From the NCBI GenBank assembly GCA_963793115.1, contig CAWBYV010000020.1, positions 2,934 to 66,933 on the forward strand: DNA of 64,000 bases, written 5' to 3'. The notes beneath the pieces are model-generated. The model was not told the DNA's origin and did not search any database. It saw only the letters and a list, made by a program, of their open reading frames with translations. Shown piece after piece: positions 9,657-19,052 of this stretch. Position 1 is the stretch's first letter. Every line of letters begins with the position of its first letter. The position numbers were made by a program, and so were the translations under genes. Source of the DNA: an uncultured delta proteobacterium (GTDB taxonomy: Bacteria; Desulfobacterota; Binatia; Binatales; Binataceae).

Positions 9657-10961
9657 CTACGCGCTTGCGACAACCGGCGCAGCGGCCATCTCTTGCAAGC
9701 GGCGATCGGGTTTGCGGCATCGCATGATCATCTCGCTGCGCGCGATGTAGGCTGTTTCCTCGACCTTGAAGCCGTAGCGCTCGAGTATCTCGGCCAAGCT
9801 TTTGCGCGTGTAATGCGTGATGTGCTCGTCGCGGTAACCGCCGGGTACAAGGAATCCATACACCGGCTCTATCATGCGCCATCCCAGGGTTGCGTAGTCA
9901 GGCGTGCCGATAATCAAAGACCCGCCGGGCCGCAGCACGCGATCGATCTCGCTGAACAGCGCCTCGTCGTACGGGACGTGCTCGATCACCTGCGAATGGA
10001 TAAGGCAATCGAAGGTTTCATCCCGAAACGGCAGCGCCATCGCGGAGCCTCGCACGAGCGGAATTCCGCGCCTGCCCAGGAACCTGAGCTTGTCAAGGTT
10101 GATGTCGAGGCCGACGGTGTTGTTGAGGCTCTGGACGATCACGCTCGAGCCGCATCCTATGTCCAGCGTGCGCCCGGCCGCGCGGGCCCAGAAGGTGGTG
10201 ATCCGATGGCGCCGGCGCTGCCAGAAGCGCTGAACGGGTATCGCGCTGTAGAAGGCGCGCTCGTCGTAGTCGGCCGATTCAACTGAATTGCGCAACTGCC
10301 AAAGCTTGGCCGCGGAGCGCATCAAATCCCATCCGAAGCGGATCACGCGGGCGTTCGACCGGCCGCTGCCGCGCGGGAAGTAAGTGAACGGCACTTCGAT
10401 CACGCTGAAGCCGCGCGCGTAAGCCTTGACCAGCAGCTCCTCCAGCACGTCGAAACTGCGGCCCTCGAGTTTGATTCCCTCGATCGCCTGCCGGCGGTAG
10501 AGGCGGAACCCGCTCGAGAGGTCGCGAACCGGCATCGAGAGCAGCCGGCGCAGCACGCTGTTCAGAAACCGGCTCAGCCCGCTGCGGAACCACGGTCCGT
10601 AGGAAGCGCCGCCACGCACGTAGCGCGACGCGATTACGATGTCTGCCTGGCCGCGCGCCCGCCACATCCTGGCGACGAACTCGGGCTCGTGCGACTGATC
10701 GGCATCGAGCGTGAGAATGTAGTCGCCGCGCGCTTCGGCCAGCCCGGTCTCGGTGGCGCCTGCGTAGCCGCGCCGGCGTTCCCTCACCACTCGCGCGCCG
10801 AGCCCGGCTGCCGCCTCTTGGGTGCCGTCGAGCGAGCCGCCGTCGATGACGATGATCTCGAAATCGACACCCTCGCGGGCGAGCTGCGCGCTGAGGCGCG
10901 GAATGAGCGCCGTCAGATTATCGCGTTCGTTGATTACGGGCAGGATTACTGAGAGATCCAT
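9657..10961 (-). CDS. GT2 (polyprenol-phosphate glycosyltransferase/Dpm1-like) fused to class I SAM methyltransferase
   Basis: SVILPVINE, IDGGSLDGT, LDADQSH, ASRY, DLSSGFRLY; then LDIGCGS, LPFRDETFD, VIEHV, LRPGG. Confidence 0.9.
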   Translation of the reverse strand: MDLSVILPVINERDNLTALIPRLSAQLAREGVDFEIIVIDGGSLDGTQEAAAGLGARVVRERRRGYAGATETGLAEARGDYILTLDADQSHEPEFVARMWRARGQADIVIASRYVRGGASYGPWFRSGLSRFLNSVLRRLLSMPVRDLSSGFRLYRRQAIEGIKLEGRSFDVLEELLVKAYARGFSVIEVPFTYFPRGSGRSNARVIRFGWDLMRSAAKLWQLRNSVESADYDERAFYSAIPVQRFWQRRRHRITTFWARAAGRTLDIGCGSSVIVQSLNNTVGLDINLDKLRFLGRRGIPLVRGSAMALPFRDETFDCLIHSQVIEHVPYDEALFSEIDRVLRPGGSLIIGTPDYATLGWRMIEPVYGFLVPGGYRDEHITHYTRKSLAEILERYGFKVEETAYIARSEMIMRCRKPDRRLQEMAAAPVVASA

Positions 10962-11315
10962 TGAACGTGCGAACCGGAGCTTCCGCGAGCCGTCATTCTA
11001 TCGTGCGGTCGCTGAGGTTCAAGCTGGTTGTCGCTGGCTGATTGCAGTCTCGGGGGGGCCTCAGACGGGCATCGCGCCCGGCTCTCGCCAACGAAGCTTG
11101 CCGGGGGTTGACGCGGCGCGCTAATCCGCTGGGACGGCAAAGTCACCGTTACGACGCCGTCAGCCGCTTGTATGCCTTGGCCGGCACCCGTGTAACGGCT
11201 CCTGACCACGCCGACGATAGAAGATGGCCGTTACACTCACATTTCGTCCCGCCCGGTCTGATCGTCCCGCAATTGCGCGATCGATTGCCGTCGCCGGAGC
11301 GGCGCACTGGCCGGA

Positions 11316-11711
11316 TCACTCAACCGAATAGCACAAGAACGCCTTGGTCTGCGGCAGGGCCGAGTCCTTTGCCGGATAACAGGCGAACTGCGCCGTCAGG
11401 TTGGTGGTGACAGGAGCCGTCTGCGAGCCGGTCCGGGCATTCTCGCCGGTCTGAGAGTATTGGCCCGTTTGCGCATTCTGCCCAGACGGAGACTTCTGCG
11501 TCCGCTTGCCGACGAACTGGCCCAGGTACGGACTGGCGTCACGCTGCACCGTCACTCCGGCGCTGGACTGACCCGAGTTCCCTTTATGTTTCGACCCGCC
11601 GCCCAACAGATTCGACAAGCCGCTCAAGCCTTGGCCGAAAGACTGGCCGGAAAGCGCGATCAGAAATACGACGAGGGCGGCGACTGCGGCCGCGCAAAGT
11701 TTCCTCATCAT
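11316..11711 (-). CDS. Secreted hypothetical protein
   Basis: Basic N-terminus plus hydrophobic helix; Gly/Ser/Gln-rich; two C-terminal Cys (ACY...LCY). Confidence 0.65.
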   Translation of the reverse strand: MMRKLCAAAVAALVVFLIALSGQSFGQGLSGLSNLLGGGSKHKGNSGQSSAGVTVQRDASPYLGQFVGKRTQKSPSGQNAQTGQYSQTGENARTGSQTAPVTTNLTAQFACYPAKDSALPQTKAFLCYSVE

Positions 11712-11788
11712 GATTTTGCCCGCTGCCTTCAGGAAGGCGGCCACGTTGACATCGGAACAGTGGCTGAAACCTCCTCGTTACTCAACGC

Positions 11789-12139
11789 TCAGGGTTGCGG
11801 CGCACCACTCGGCAAGCGCCTGACGCTGATTGGTCCGGGTTGCGGCTTGCACATCAACAAATTGTCGTGTGGACCCTTTTGGCACTTTCCCTCGATATTT
11901 TTGGCGCCGCGCGAAAAGGAGCAGGGGTCGCCGGCCGACTTCTTATCGCAGGCCGAGATCCTCACCTGCCTGAGCGCTGCCACTTTCTCGCGCATAGTCA
12001 TTGGCTTTCCCGCCTTGCTTGTGGCAGCCGCTGCCGGTGCGTTCGCCTCAGACGGCGCCGGTGCGTTCTGCGCACGCACCACCGGTGCGAGCATCATCAC
12101 TGCGAGAAATGCCGCGGTGAAAACAATCTTGAACTTCAT
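11789..12139 (-). CDS. Small secreted 4-Cys protein
   Basis: AGGAGG RBS; signal peptide VRA-Q; ACDKKSAGDPCSF..GKC..LMCKP. Confidence 0.8.
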   Translation of the reverse strand: MKFKIVFTAAFLAVMMLAPVVRAQNAPAPSEANAPAAAATSKAGKPMTMREKVAALRQVRISACDKKSAGDPCSFSRGAKNIEGKCQKGPHDNLLMCKPQPGPISVRRLPSGAPQP

Positions 12140-12199
12140 GAACCCTCCTGTGACCCCACCTGAAAACCTGAAGAGTATTTTGCCCTTTTCCTGGAGACA

Positions 12200-12562
12200 T
12201 GGCGAGAGGGTCTCCGGTTACGTCGAACTGCACGCGGTCGCGCGAACTTGCCTTGCAGGCCTTGACTCCCGCCGCCGGATTGCCGAATGGGCGGAGATCG
12301 CCGTTCGCTGTTACAAATTCGGCAGTCCGGGGGCAGGAGAGAACGCTCGTCGATGGAACAGCCAATTCATGCCGCCGCTAAATCGCGTACCTGGCTGTGC
12401 GCAGCCGCTCTCCTGGCGCTCGCCGGATACGCAACCGCGCTGGCCCTTGATCAATGTCGGCTGGCACTGGCGCCAGGTAATACGGCAAGTAATGCCGCCA
12501 TGCAGGTGTTCAAGGCGCAAATCGCACGCGATTCGCCGGGACTTTCGGGATCGCCGAACTGA
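12200..12562 (+). pseudogene. Degenerate C-terminal TPR remnant of a TMTC-like gene
   Basis: Fragments ALQALTPAAGLPNG-AEIA and WLCAAALLALAGYATALALDQCRLALAP resemble ILKSTESLPDGAEEVA and YFYAARLLHAKGRNREALDDCHKALAIDP of 25865..27913. Confidence 0.45.
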
Positions 12563-14047
12563 CTATCGCGCTTGATGCGCTGCGTCGGCGGGTTGGTTCG
12601 CAGGCGAATCTGTCGCCAGCACTGACACACCGCGCAGCCGGGCCCGTTGTACGGGGTATAGCCGGTGCAGGACCGGGAGCGCCCGAGGCACCAGGAACTC
12701 CGCGGTGTCGGCCAGGATCAGCACCCGCGCTTGCCGATTATTTTCGCTCAGTAGCGCCGGGTCCACCTGGTCATTGCGCGAGTAATAGCGTACCGCAAAC
12801 ATCCCATAACCGGGGATGACGTTTACGGGCTCCCCGGCCTTGAGCTCCGGCAGGGCCGCTTCCGTCGCCGCACGCCATTGGACCCCCCACTCCACGTCGC
12901 CGGAGTTCGGGTCGTAAGAATGGATTCGGACGCCGGCCAGCACGACCAGCAGGGCAAGCGCGACGATCCGCGCCAATGATGGGCGGAGTTCCGAGATTCC
13001 AAGCCCGACGAGAATGCACAATGGCACGAGACAGGTTAGCGCCCATCGATGGGCGAAAAGGGGCGTCCATGAGTAAATGGTCACTACCAGCAGCATGATT
13101 GGTCCCAGCCACAACGCGAGTGGAATAGGGGGCACAAACATCCATGCGAGCGCGAAGCCTATGCCCTCCGAATGCCGCCCCCAGCCGCGAACCGCTCCCC
13201 ACGCGGCGAGCCCTAGAGTCAGGGGGACAACCGGGCTTCGAACTGCGATGCCGAATAGCCCAAGGACATATTCGGTCAGAAATCCGGGTCGAATCCAACT
13301 GAAGAAGCTTGCTTTTTCGAGCAGCAAGCGCCAAGGCGTCAGACCCACCAGGATAGCGCTGGCTGCCACCAACGTAACGGCAACATTCCAGGCATATGGC
13401 CATCGGGTAGCACCCGGTCGTAATGCGTAGAGCAAGCACAAGCTCTCCGCCAGAAAGACCAGGCCGGCAACGAAACTGGTCGCCGCCGCGAATATAGCAA
13501 ACAGGGCAATCCCGGCATAGTTCACAAAGCGACCGCGGCGAACGGCCCGCACGAAGAACCAAATCTGGATGAGAGTCGCGTCCAGCATCAGCTCATACAT
13601 CCGCCCCTCTCGCGAATATCTGATAGCTACGACGTTGAGCGCGAAGACCAAAGCGCTCAGGGTGGCTATCGAGTCGCTGTCGGTGCTGAATAGCGAAGCC
13701 TCACTGTCCGCTTCGGTCGCGAAGAGTGCGCGGGTAACGACGAAAACCAGAGCGATGGCTAGCGTACCAAGGACGGCGGAGAGTGCCCTTATCGAGGCGA
13801 TGTTATCGCCGAAGACGAGCATCCAGAAGTGCAGCGTCAAGTCATGGACTGCCAGCTTCCCCGGGTTGAGCTGCAGCCCGAGGTGGAGAACCTGACCCAC
13901 GGTGGGAGCAGACGCGGCCAGCCATGATGGCGCCTCGTCGGCAGTCATATCCGACGCGCCCAGAGCATAGAACCGCAACCACCCCCCGGCTAAAACCGCA
14001 GCCGCAAGAATGAGCGCGTTTGGTTTCAACTTAACCGGAATTTCCAT
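12563..14047 (-). CDS. GT39/ArnT-like (PMT_2) GT-C glycosyltransferase
   Basis: LRFYALG..DE, IRALSAVLG, YSREGRMY motifs; multi-TM. ATG lies inside an IS-derived IR; TTG at 14029 is an alternative start. Confidence 0.85.
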   Translation of the reverse strand: MEIPVKLKPNALILAAAVLAGGWLRFYALGASDMTADEAPSWLAASAPTVGQVLHLGLQLNPGKLAVHDLTLHFWMLVFGDNIASIRALSAVLGTLAIALVFVVTRALFATEADSEASLFSTDSDSIATLSALVFALNVVAIRYSREGRMYELMLDATLIQIWFFVRAVRRGRFVNYAGIALFAIFAAATSFVAGLVFLAESLCLLYALRPGATRWPYAWNVAVTLVAASAILVGLTPWRLLLEKASFFSWIRPGFLTEYVLGLFGIAVRSPVVPLTLGLAAWGAVRGWGRHSEGIGFALAWMFVPPIPLALWLGPIMLLVVTIYSWTPLFAHRWALTCLVPLCILVGLGISELRPSLARIVALALLVVLAGVRIHSYDPNSGDVEWGVQWRAATEAALPELKAGEPVNVIPGYGMFAVRYYSRNDQVDPALLSENNRQARVLILADTAEFLVPRALPVLHRLYPVQRARLRGVSVLATDSPANQPADAAHQAR

Positions 14048-14110
14048 TTTGAATTCTGATTTAGACCCGCACCGACACTGGGCAGATTGCAAACGCAAAG
14101 TCCGAGTCCG
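14035..14110 (-). mobile_element. Solo IS1380-type right end (copy D)
   Basis: CCGGAATTTCCATTTTGAAT is identical to 15873-15892, similarity continues through TTGCAAACGC; flanked by TTAA. Confidence 0.75.
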
Positions 14111-14128
14111 CTTGGACCCCACCGCGAG

Positions 14129-14216
14129 ATTTTCTTTTTCGTCACCGAGTATAACGTGATATTTTCTTTTTCGTAATCGGGTATAACGTAATATTTTCTT
14201 TTTCGTCATCGAGTAT
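14129..14216. repeat. Tandem repeat, about 2.75 x 32 bp
   Basis: ATTTTCTTTTTCGTCACCGAGTATAACGTGAT / ATTTTCTTTTTCGTAATCGGGTATAACGTAAT / ATTTTCTTTTTCGTCATCGAGTAT. Confidence 0.9.
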
Positions 14217-15746
14217 CCAGAGGCGCCGATCGGGATAATATCGCAACAGCTCATCATCCTTGCCGCCGGGCATCGCACGCGCCCATACGATGCGAGACTG
14301 ATCGATATCCGCATCATTGTACACCCACTCGCAGTCAATAATGTGGTCTGGGCCGTATCGGACTAACACGAGGTGCTGGCCAGGCTGCTTCTGCAGCAAT
14401 GTGAGCACTCGGTCGCGTGGCGCAATGAACTCTCGCATATCGGCCCCGTTATAAAAGCGAGACGTGGGATTCATGATGCGGGGAACGTCGAATATGGCGA
14501 TGCAGCAAAACAGAGCGCACGCCGCCATGCGCCTCTTCCCAGGCGAGAATCGGGATGAAACGTCTTGCACGGCGGCGGTGGCAACCAGGAACACGAGGAC
14601 CGTCGCGGGCGCGAAGTAGTGCGGCAACAGGTTAGCTTCAACTGATAATCCCAGGTAGAAGAGCAGTAGAAGCAAGAGGGGAACTTGTAATTGACGATTT
14701 CGCACCAGTCGCTGGGAGCTGATAAGTATGCAAAGAAGCAGCGGCAAGCCAAGAAAGAAATGTAGAAGTTCGATGAGATTATCGCGATGTACCAGAAGGA
14801 TGTGCTGACGATCATATTGCATCGACTTGCCATCAGATCCGATCCAGAATGCGCGAAAAATCTCGTGGTCGAATTGTGGCTCGGGCGGAGGGTTGTTTGA
14901 CCAGAGGAAATGCGACCATGACGGGTATTGCCTAACGTACAAGTTGTAGGGCATCTGCAGCGGGTCCCCTGTCACCCGGTAGTTGTAGTAACCCATCCAG
15001 ATGAAGGTCGGCAGCAGGACGGAGGCAAGCGGCAATCCGATTGAATGAAGCAACTGCGAGGAATTGTGGCGTCCCCGCCGGATTAACAGAATCAAATGGA
15101 CCAGCAGAAAGATGGCAGACGAGGCGCCGAGAACGAAGCCTTCGTAAGGACGTGTATTTGCAAGAATCGCCAGCCCGAGGCCGAACGCAAATGCCGGCGC
15201 CGGAGAGGCACGCCGCAACAGCCGGGCAAGTGCGCCCACGACAAGTGCTCCCCCGATTGCCGCCACTGTGCCGCCCCAGTAGGTCTCGGTCCAGTAGCTA
15301 CCGGTAAGCCGCAGCGCCGCCAGCAGACCCCCGGCGATCGCCCATGGCGGCTCTAACCAGCCCCACAGCGCCCACGTGATAAGTCCGGATAGAACAGCCA
15401 TGCCGGTCCAGAGTGCGGCCCAAGGCGCATGGAAAATCTGGCCCAAGGCCAGAACCAATCCCTGACCTGGAGGGTACTTCGAGGCATAAGTTGGATGCGA
15501 CAGCTCATGGAACGTCTCAAAGTGGATCCACATCGGATGGGCGGGATTCGTGAGGCGCCCGCGCGAAAAAGTATCTGCCGCCAGCAGATAACTGAATTCG
15601 TCGTGAACGGCTGGTTTTGGCAGCGGGAATAGGGGCGTTAGCAGAAGCCGCAAGCTCAACGCGATCGCGCCAACAAAGATCGACGCCACCACAGCGCTGC
15701 GGTTGCAAAGAGGGATTACCTTGGCTGGCCAGTTCAGAAAGTTCAA
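14142..15746 (-). CDS. Multi-TM GT-C-type glycosyltransferase-like protein
   Basis: HDEFSYLLAADTFxxGRLTNP, YASKYPPGQ, NTRPYEG, YNYRVTG, LVLVRY..EWVYNxAD pattern; more AT-rich than neighbours. Confidence 0.8.
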   Translation of the reverse strand: MNFLNWPAKVIPLCNRSAVVASIFVGAIALSLRLLLTPLFPLPKPAVHDEFSYLLAADTFSRGRLTNPAHPMWIHFETFHELSHPTYASKYPPGQGLVLALGQIFHAPWAALWTGMAVLSGLITWALWGWLEPPWAIAGGLLAALRLTGSYWTETYWGGTVAAIGGALVVGALARLLRRASPAPAFAFGLGLAILANTRPYEGFVLGASSAIFLLVHLILLIRRGRHNSSQLLHSIGLPLASVLLPTFIWMGYYNYRVTGDPLQMPYNLYVRQYPSWSHFLWSNNPPPEPQFDHEIFRAFWIGSDGKSMQYDRQHILLVHRDNLIELLHFFLGLPLLLCILISSQRLVRNRQLQVPLLLLLLFYLGLSVEANLLPHYFAPATVLVFLVATAAVQDVSSRFSPGKRRMAACALFCCIAIFDVPRIMNPTSRFYNGADMREFIAPRDRVLTLLQKQPGQHLVLVRYGPDHIIDCEWVYNDADIDQSRIVWARAMPGGKDDELLRYYPDRRLWILDDEKENITLYPITKKKISRYTR

Positions 15747-15872
15747 TTGTCCGGCGCGGCCCCATTCCGAGTGGGTTGCTGATCTTACCCCTTGTTCTCT
15801 TCTAAGGTGGCCGGTCTCCTTAGCCCGTGTTTATTCTACTTGTGAGCTACTAAGCGGGGATTTGCGTTTTAC

Positions 15873-16393
15873 CCGGAATTTCCATTTTGAATCGTGATTC
15901 GGACTAGCACGAACACCAGGCGGCTTGCAAACGCGAGGTTCGAGTCTCGGTCTTGAGTGCAGGGCGCTTTCCACGGCTCCGCAACGGACCAGTTGTGCCT
16001 CGCGTTGGCGTGAAACGCCCGAAACTGGCGCTCTTCCAACCGAGTTTTTCAGACACTTATCTCTTTGCCTCCCTATCTCGTCAGCGAAATCTGCTCCGCT
16101 CTGCTGGCCGCCTATCCCGCTGGCGACGGCAGTGTCGCGATCCTCCGCAGCATGCTTCCGAAGAGCCAGCGCGTCAGATGACTCTCCACCTGGAGCAACC
16201 AGTAGTACCGGGCATGCTTTATCAAACGCCCGCCGGTTTTCACCAGGCGCTGCTGCAAGCTGGTAAGCGACCAGGCGGCGATCCGCGGCGGGAACACCAG
16301 CCGCCGCCACAAATTCCCGAGGTTGCAGGCGATCACGCTCAGCCACAACCGCACCTCGTTGGAGCGGGAAAGGTGGCAGCTTAGCCGCGTCAT
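15873..16393 (-). mobile_element. IS1380-family remnant (3' end of transposase plus right end/IR)
   Basis: 16112..16393 encodes MTRLSCH..SNEVRLWLSVIAxNLGNLWRRL..WSLTSLQQRLVKTGGRLIKHARYYWL, typical of IS1380 transposase C-termini; terminal CCGGAATTTCCATTTTG at 15873. Confidence 0.85.
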
Positions 16394-16716
16394 CAGATAC
16401 CAGCCCGTGCGCGCGAGCGCGGCGGCGTGGCTGAGCTTCACAATGGAGCCGCACGGCGCCAAGATTTACATGGCGTCAACTCCGCGGCGGGGGGCTGGAT
16501 TGGCTATTGAACGTGCATCCCCACCGTTCGACCAGATCTATCCGGTGAGGAGCCCCGCCCTGTTCATTGCATCCAGTGCTTCTGCGAGTCGATCGGCCTT
16601 TTGCGCGAGCTTTCGCCTATATTCAACGCGAACTTCCACGCCGACCGCCTGGCGCGACTCAACCACTACTGACGGCTGTCCATGTACGGCGCCGCGGCTG
16701 CGCGCTGCCAAAAGCT

Positions 16717-18587
16717 CTAGTGGAGCGGTGGCTGGCCCGGGGTCGGCACCTGCTGCGAGGCGATTTTCTGCTCGATTTTCCTCATCAGCGCCTTGCCGTT
16801 CGGATCGTTCGGCGAGATAGCCAGCAGTACGCGGCACTGCTCCCGTGCATCAGTCTCGCGGCCCATTCTATGAAGCGTGAGCGCGGCCATGAGACGAGTG
16901 AACGTGTCATCAGGGACCAGCGCGAGAGCCTGCATGTAATCTGACAGCGCCTCTCCGTTGCGCTTCTGGCTGGTCGCAACAATACCCATCATGGTCCAGA
17001 CGCGCGGATCCTTCGGATCGCTTGCCGCCAGATCTTGCAAGATCGCGCGGGCCTTCGCGACCTGCCCGTGGTTGAAGCTTATCTGCGCGCGCGCGAGACG
17101 AGCCAGGAGGACTCCTCCAGCCATTGACTCGACGTGCTTCAGCGTCGCCTCGGCATCCGGCTGATCGCCGTTCAGGTCGTAGAGTTCAGCCAAACCGATG
17201 TAGGCATCCGCGGGCTCGTACGGCATCAGCTTGAGGCCTTGGGCCTCTTCACCGGCAGCTTCCTTGACTCGACCCAGCCGCGCATGGACGACGCCCAAAT
17301 CGTAAAGCGCCGCACTCACAGGCTTGAGGCTAAGCGACTTTCTGAGTTCCCTCTCGGCCCCGATCAGGTCGCCATGTTGCTTCAGCTCCATGCCAAGGTT
17401 GTAGTGAGAGACCGCTTGACCCGGCGAGGCCTCGACCGCCGCGGCGTAGGCGGTCATCTCGTCGCGCCAGAAATGCTGAACCCTCCAGAGTGCCAGGAAG
17501 CAGGCAATCAGGAGCGAGGCCGCGGCGCCCCAGACCAGTCGCCTTGAAAAAACGCCCAGAGCAGCGACGGAAGTCGCCCAATACGCCAGCATCACGCACC
17601 AGCCCACAGACGCCAGGTAGACATATCTGTCCTGGACCAGCCCCAACTGAGAAAGCCCGCGCAGGTTCATCATCGGCGCGACAGAGACCACTATCCATGC
17701 GGAAGGCCAGCAGAGCCAGATCCGCGGCAATCACTCGCGGCACGGTCATCAGGGTCTCGGCGCCGGTCAAGTGATTGACATCTGGTGGCATCGATCCAAT
17801 GAGAAAACCAGGCACTATCCACCGGGCGGCCAGATAGACGAGCACTTCCACTGCGAAGGGGGCTCCGCTCCCCAATGCGTTGACGATTCGTGGCCATAGC
17901 CGCGCGCGCGCGAACCCGGTCTCGCCATTCAGCGGTGGCTCGAACAGGAACGAGTAAAGCGTGATGAGCGCGACGAACGCGACTGCACTCTCGTGCGTGA
18001 AAAGCGCGGCCCCATAAAGCAGAAGCGAGAACGCCCAGTAGTGGTGCCCGACTCCGCGTCGCCGTGTAAAGAGGTAGAGCGCTGCCAGTTCGAGCGTGGC
18101 GCTCAGCGAGAGCGGGATTGCCGAAGCCCATACCACCGGCTGCGTGGACCGGAAGCAGCCCGAACAGCAGAGCTGCGAGCACGGCTGCCGGCCATTCGTG
18201 GGTCAGATGAAAGGCAAGCTTGAACACCAGCCAGACGGCCACCAGATGCAGCCCGACCATCGCCGCATGCCACGGGGCGGCATGCAGACCAAAAAGTTGG
18301 TAGTTCACGCCGAGCCATATGTCCTGCAAAGGCCGGTAGTATGCACTGTGGCGCGGGCCTTGAAACCACCATAAATCGTTGAACAGCGACTTCCATGGAA
18401 ACGACCACTGCCCGATGTACGGGTTGCCGATAATCATCTGGCGATCGTCGAAAATAAAGCCGTTGCCCAGGCATCTGAGGTAGGCAAGGAGCGTGGCAAG
18501 CAGCACGGCGCCTAGGATCAGGGATCGAGGCCGCGCGAAAGCAGCGCGGGTGCCGCGAGCTGGTGCGGTTGTGGGCGCCTCTTGCAC
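16717..18587 (-). pseudogene. TMTC-like GT-C plus TPR protein, disrupted (frameshift about 18137; out-of-frame internal deletion about 17703)
   Basis: Three overlapping ORFs; GNGFIFDD, YYRPLQD, THESAV, QDRYVYLASVG, TPR tail. About 50 aa present in paralog 25865..27913 are missing at about 17703. Confidence 0.8.
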
Positions 18588-18668
18588 CTGTTCGATTACC
18601 TCGCCGATTCGATCAAGGTCCGCGCGGCCCGGATATTCAGACTCGCCCTGTGCCCGTGTAGCTTGGTT

Positions 18669-18714
18669 TGGTGGGCCGCCCGAGACTCGAACTCGGGACC
18701 CGCTGATTAAGAGT
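18669..18714 (-). tRNA. 3' half of tRNA-Lys(CTT), probable att-site remnant (not a functional tRNA)
   Basis: Minus strand ACTCTTAATCAGCGGGTCCCGAGTTCGAGTCTCGGGCGGCCCACCA: anticodon loop, T-arm and CCA; 5' half absent. Confidence 0.85.
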
Positions 18715-18872
18715 AGCGCTCCAGAACATAAAACCGAGCCCTACCAACCACTTCTTCCGCGAAAAGCCGAGGGAAAGCAATGAGCGCCGGTCACGGTGAT
18801 GCACCGTGTTACGGTATTCTTCTTCCTGTTCTGGCACGAAGTTGGCACCAGAATTCCTCGCGCCTTGACAAA

Positions 18873-18893
18873 GGACCTGGTGATTAAGAGTCA
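18873..18893 (-). repeat. Second short tRNA-Lys anticodon-arm copy (att core remnant)
   Basis: TGACTCTTAATCACCAGGTCC versus ACTCTTAATCAGCGGGTCC. Confidence 0.55.
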
Positions 18894-19052
18894 ACATTCA
18901 GTTCAAGAGCATTCGCGAGATCAGGCGGATGCTCGAGGTATGGCGCAACACGGCTTCTTTCGCGGTTGCATCAGATGCTCAGAGAAGCGGTGCAGGAGCG
19001 CCGTGCGCCGGCGCTTGGTTTCATGCCAGGGAGGTTTCGGCCGTGCTCCGCG

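Noticed and set aside
14129-14216. Possible mini CRISPR array
   Set aside because: Units are contiguous with no spacers and there are no cas genes.
16538-16716. Short ORF tail KLAQKADRLAEALDAMNRAGLL
   Set aside because: No start or recognisable family; cannot be supported.
18630-18660. Fifth copy of the IS-end element (ATTCAGACTCGC)
   Set aside because: Only about 12 bp match and the TTGCAAACGC core is missing.
18832-18848. Sigma54 promoter TGGCACGAAGTTGG
   Set aside because: The -12 GC is misplaced and no gene follows on +; better read as direct repeats in the att scar.
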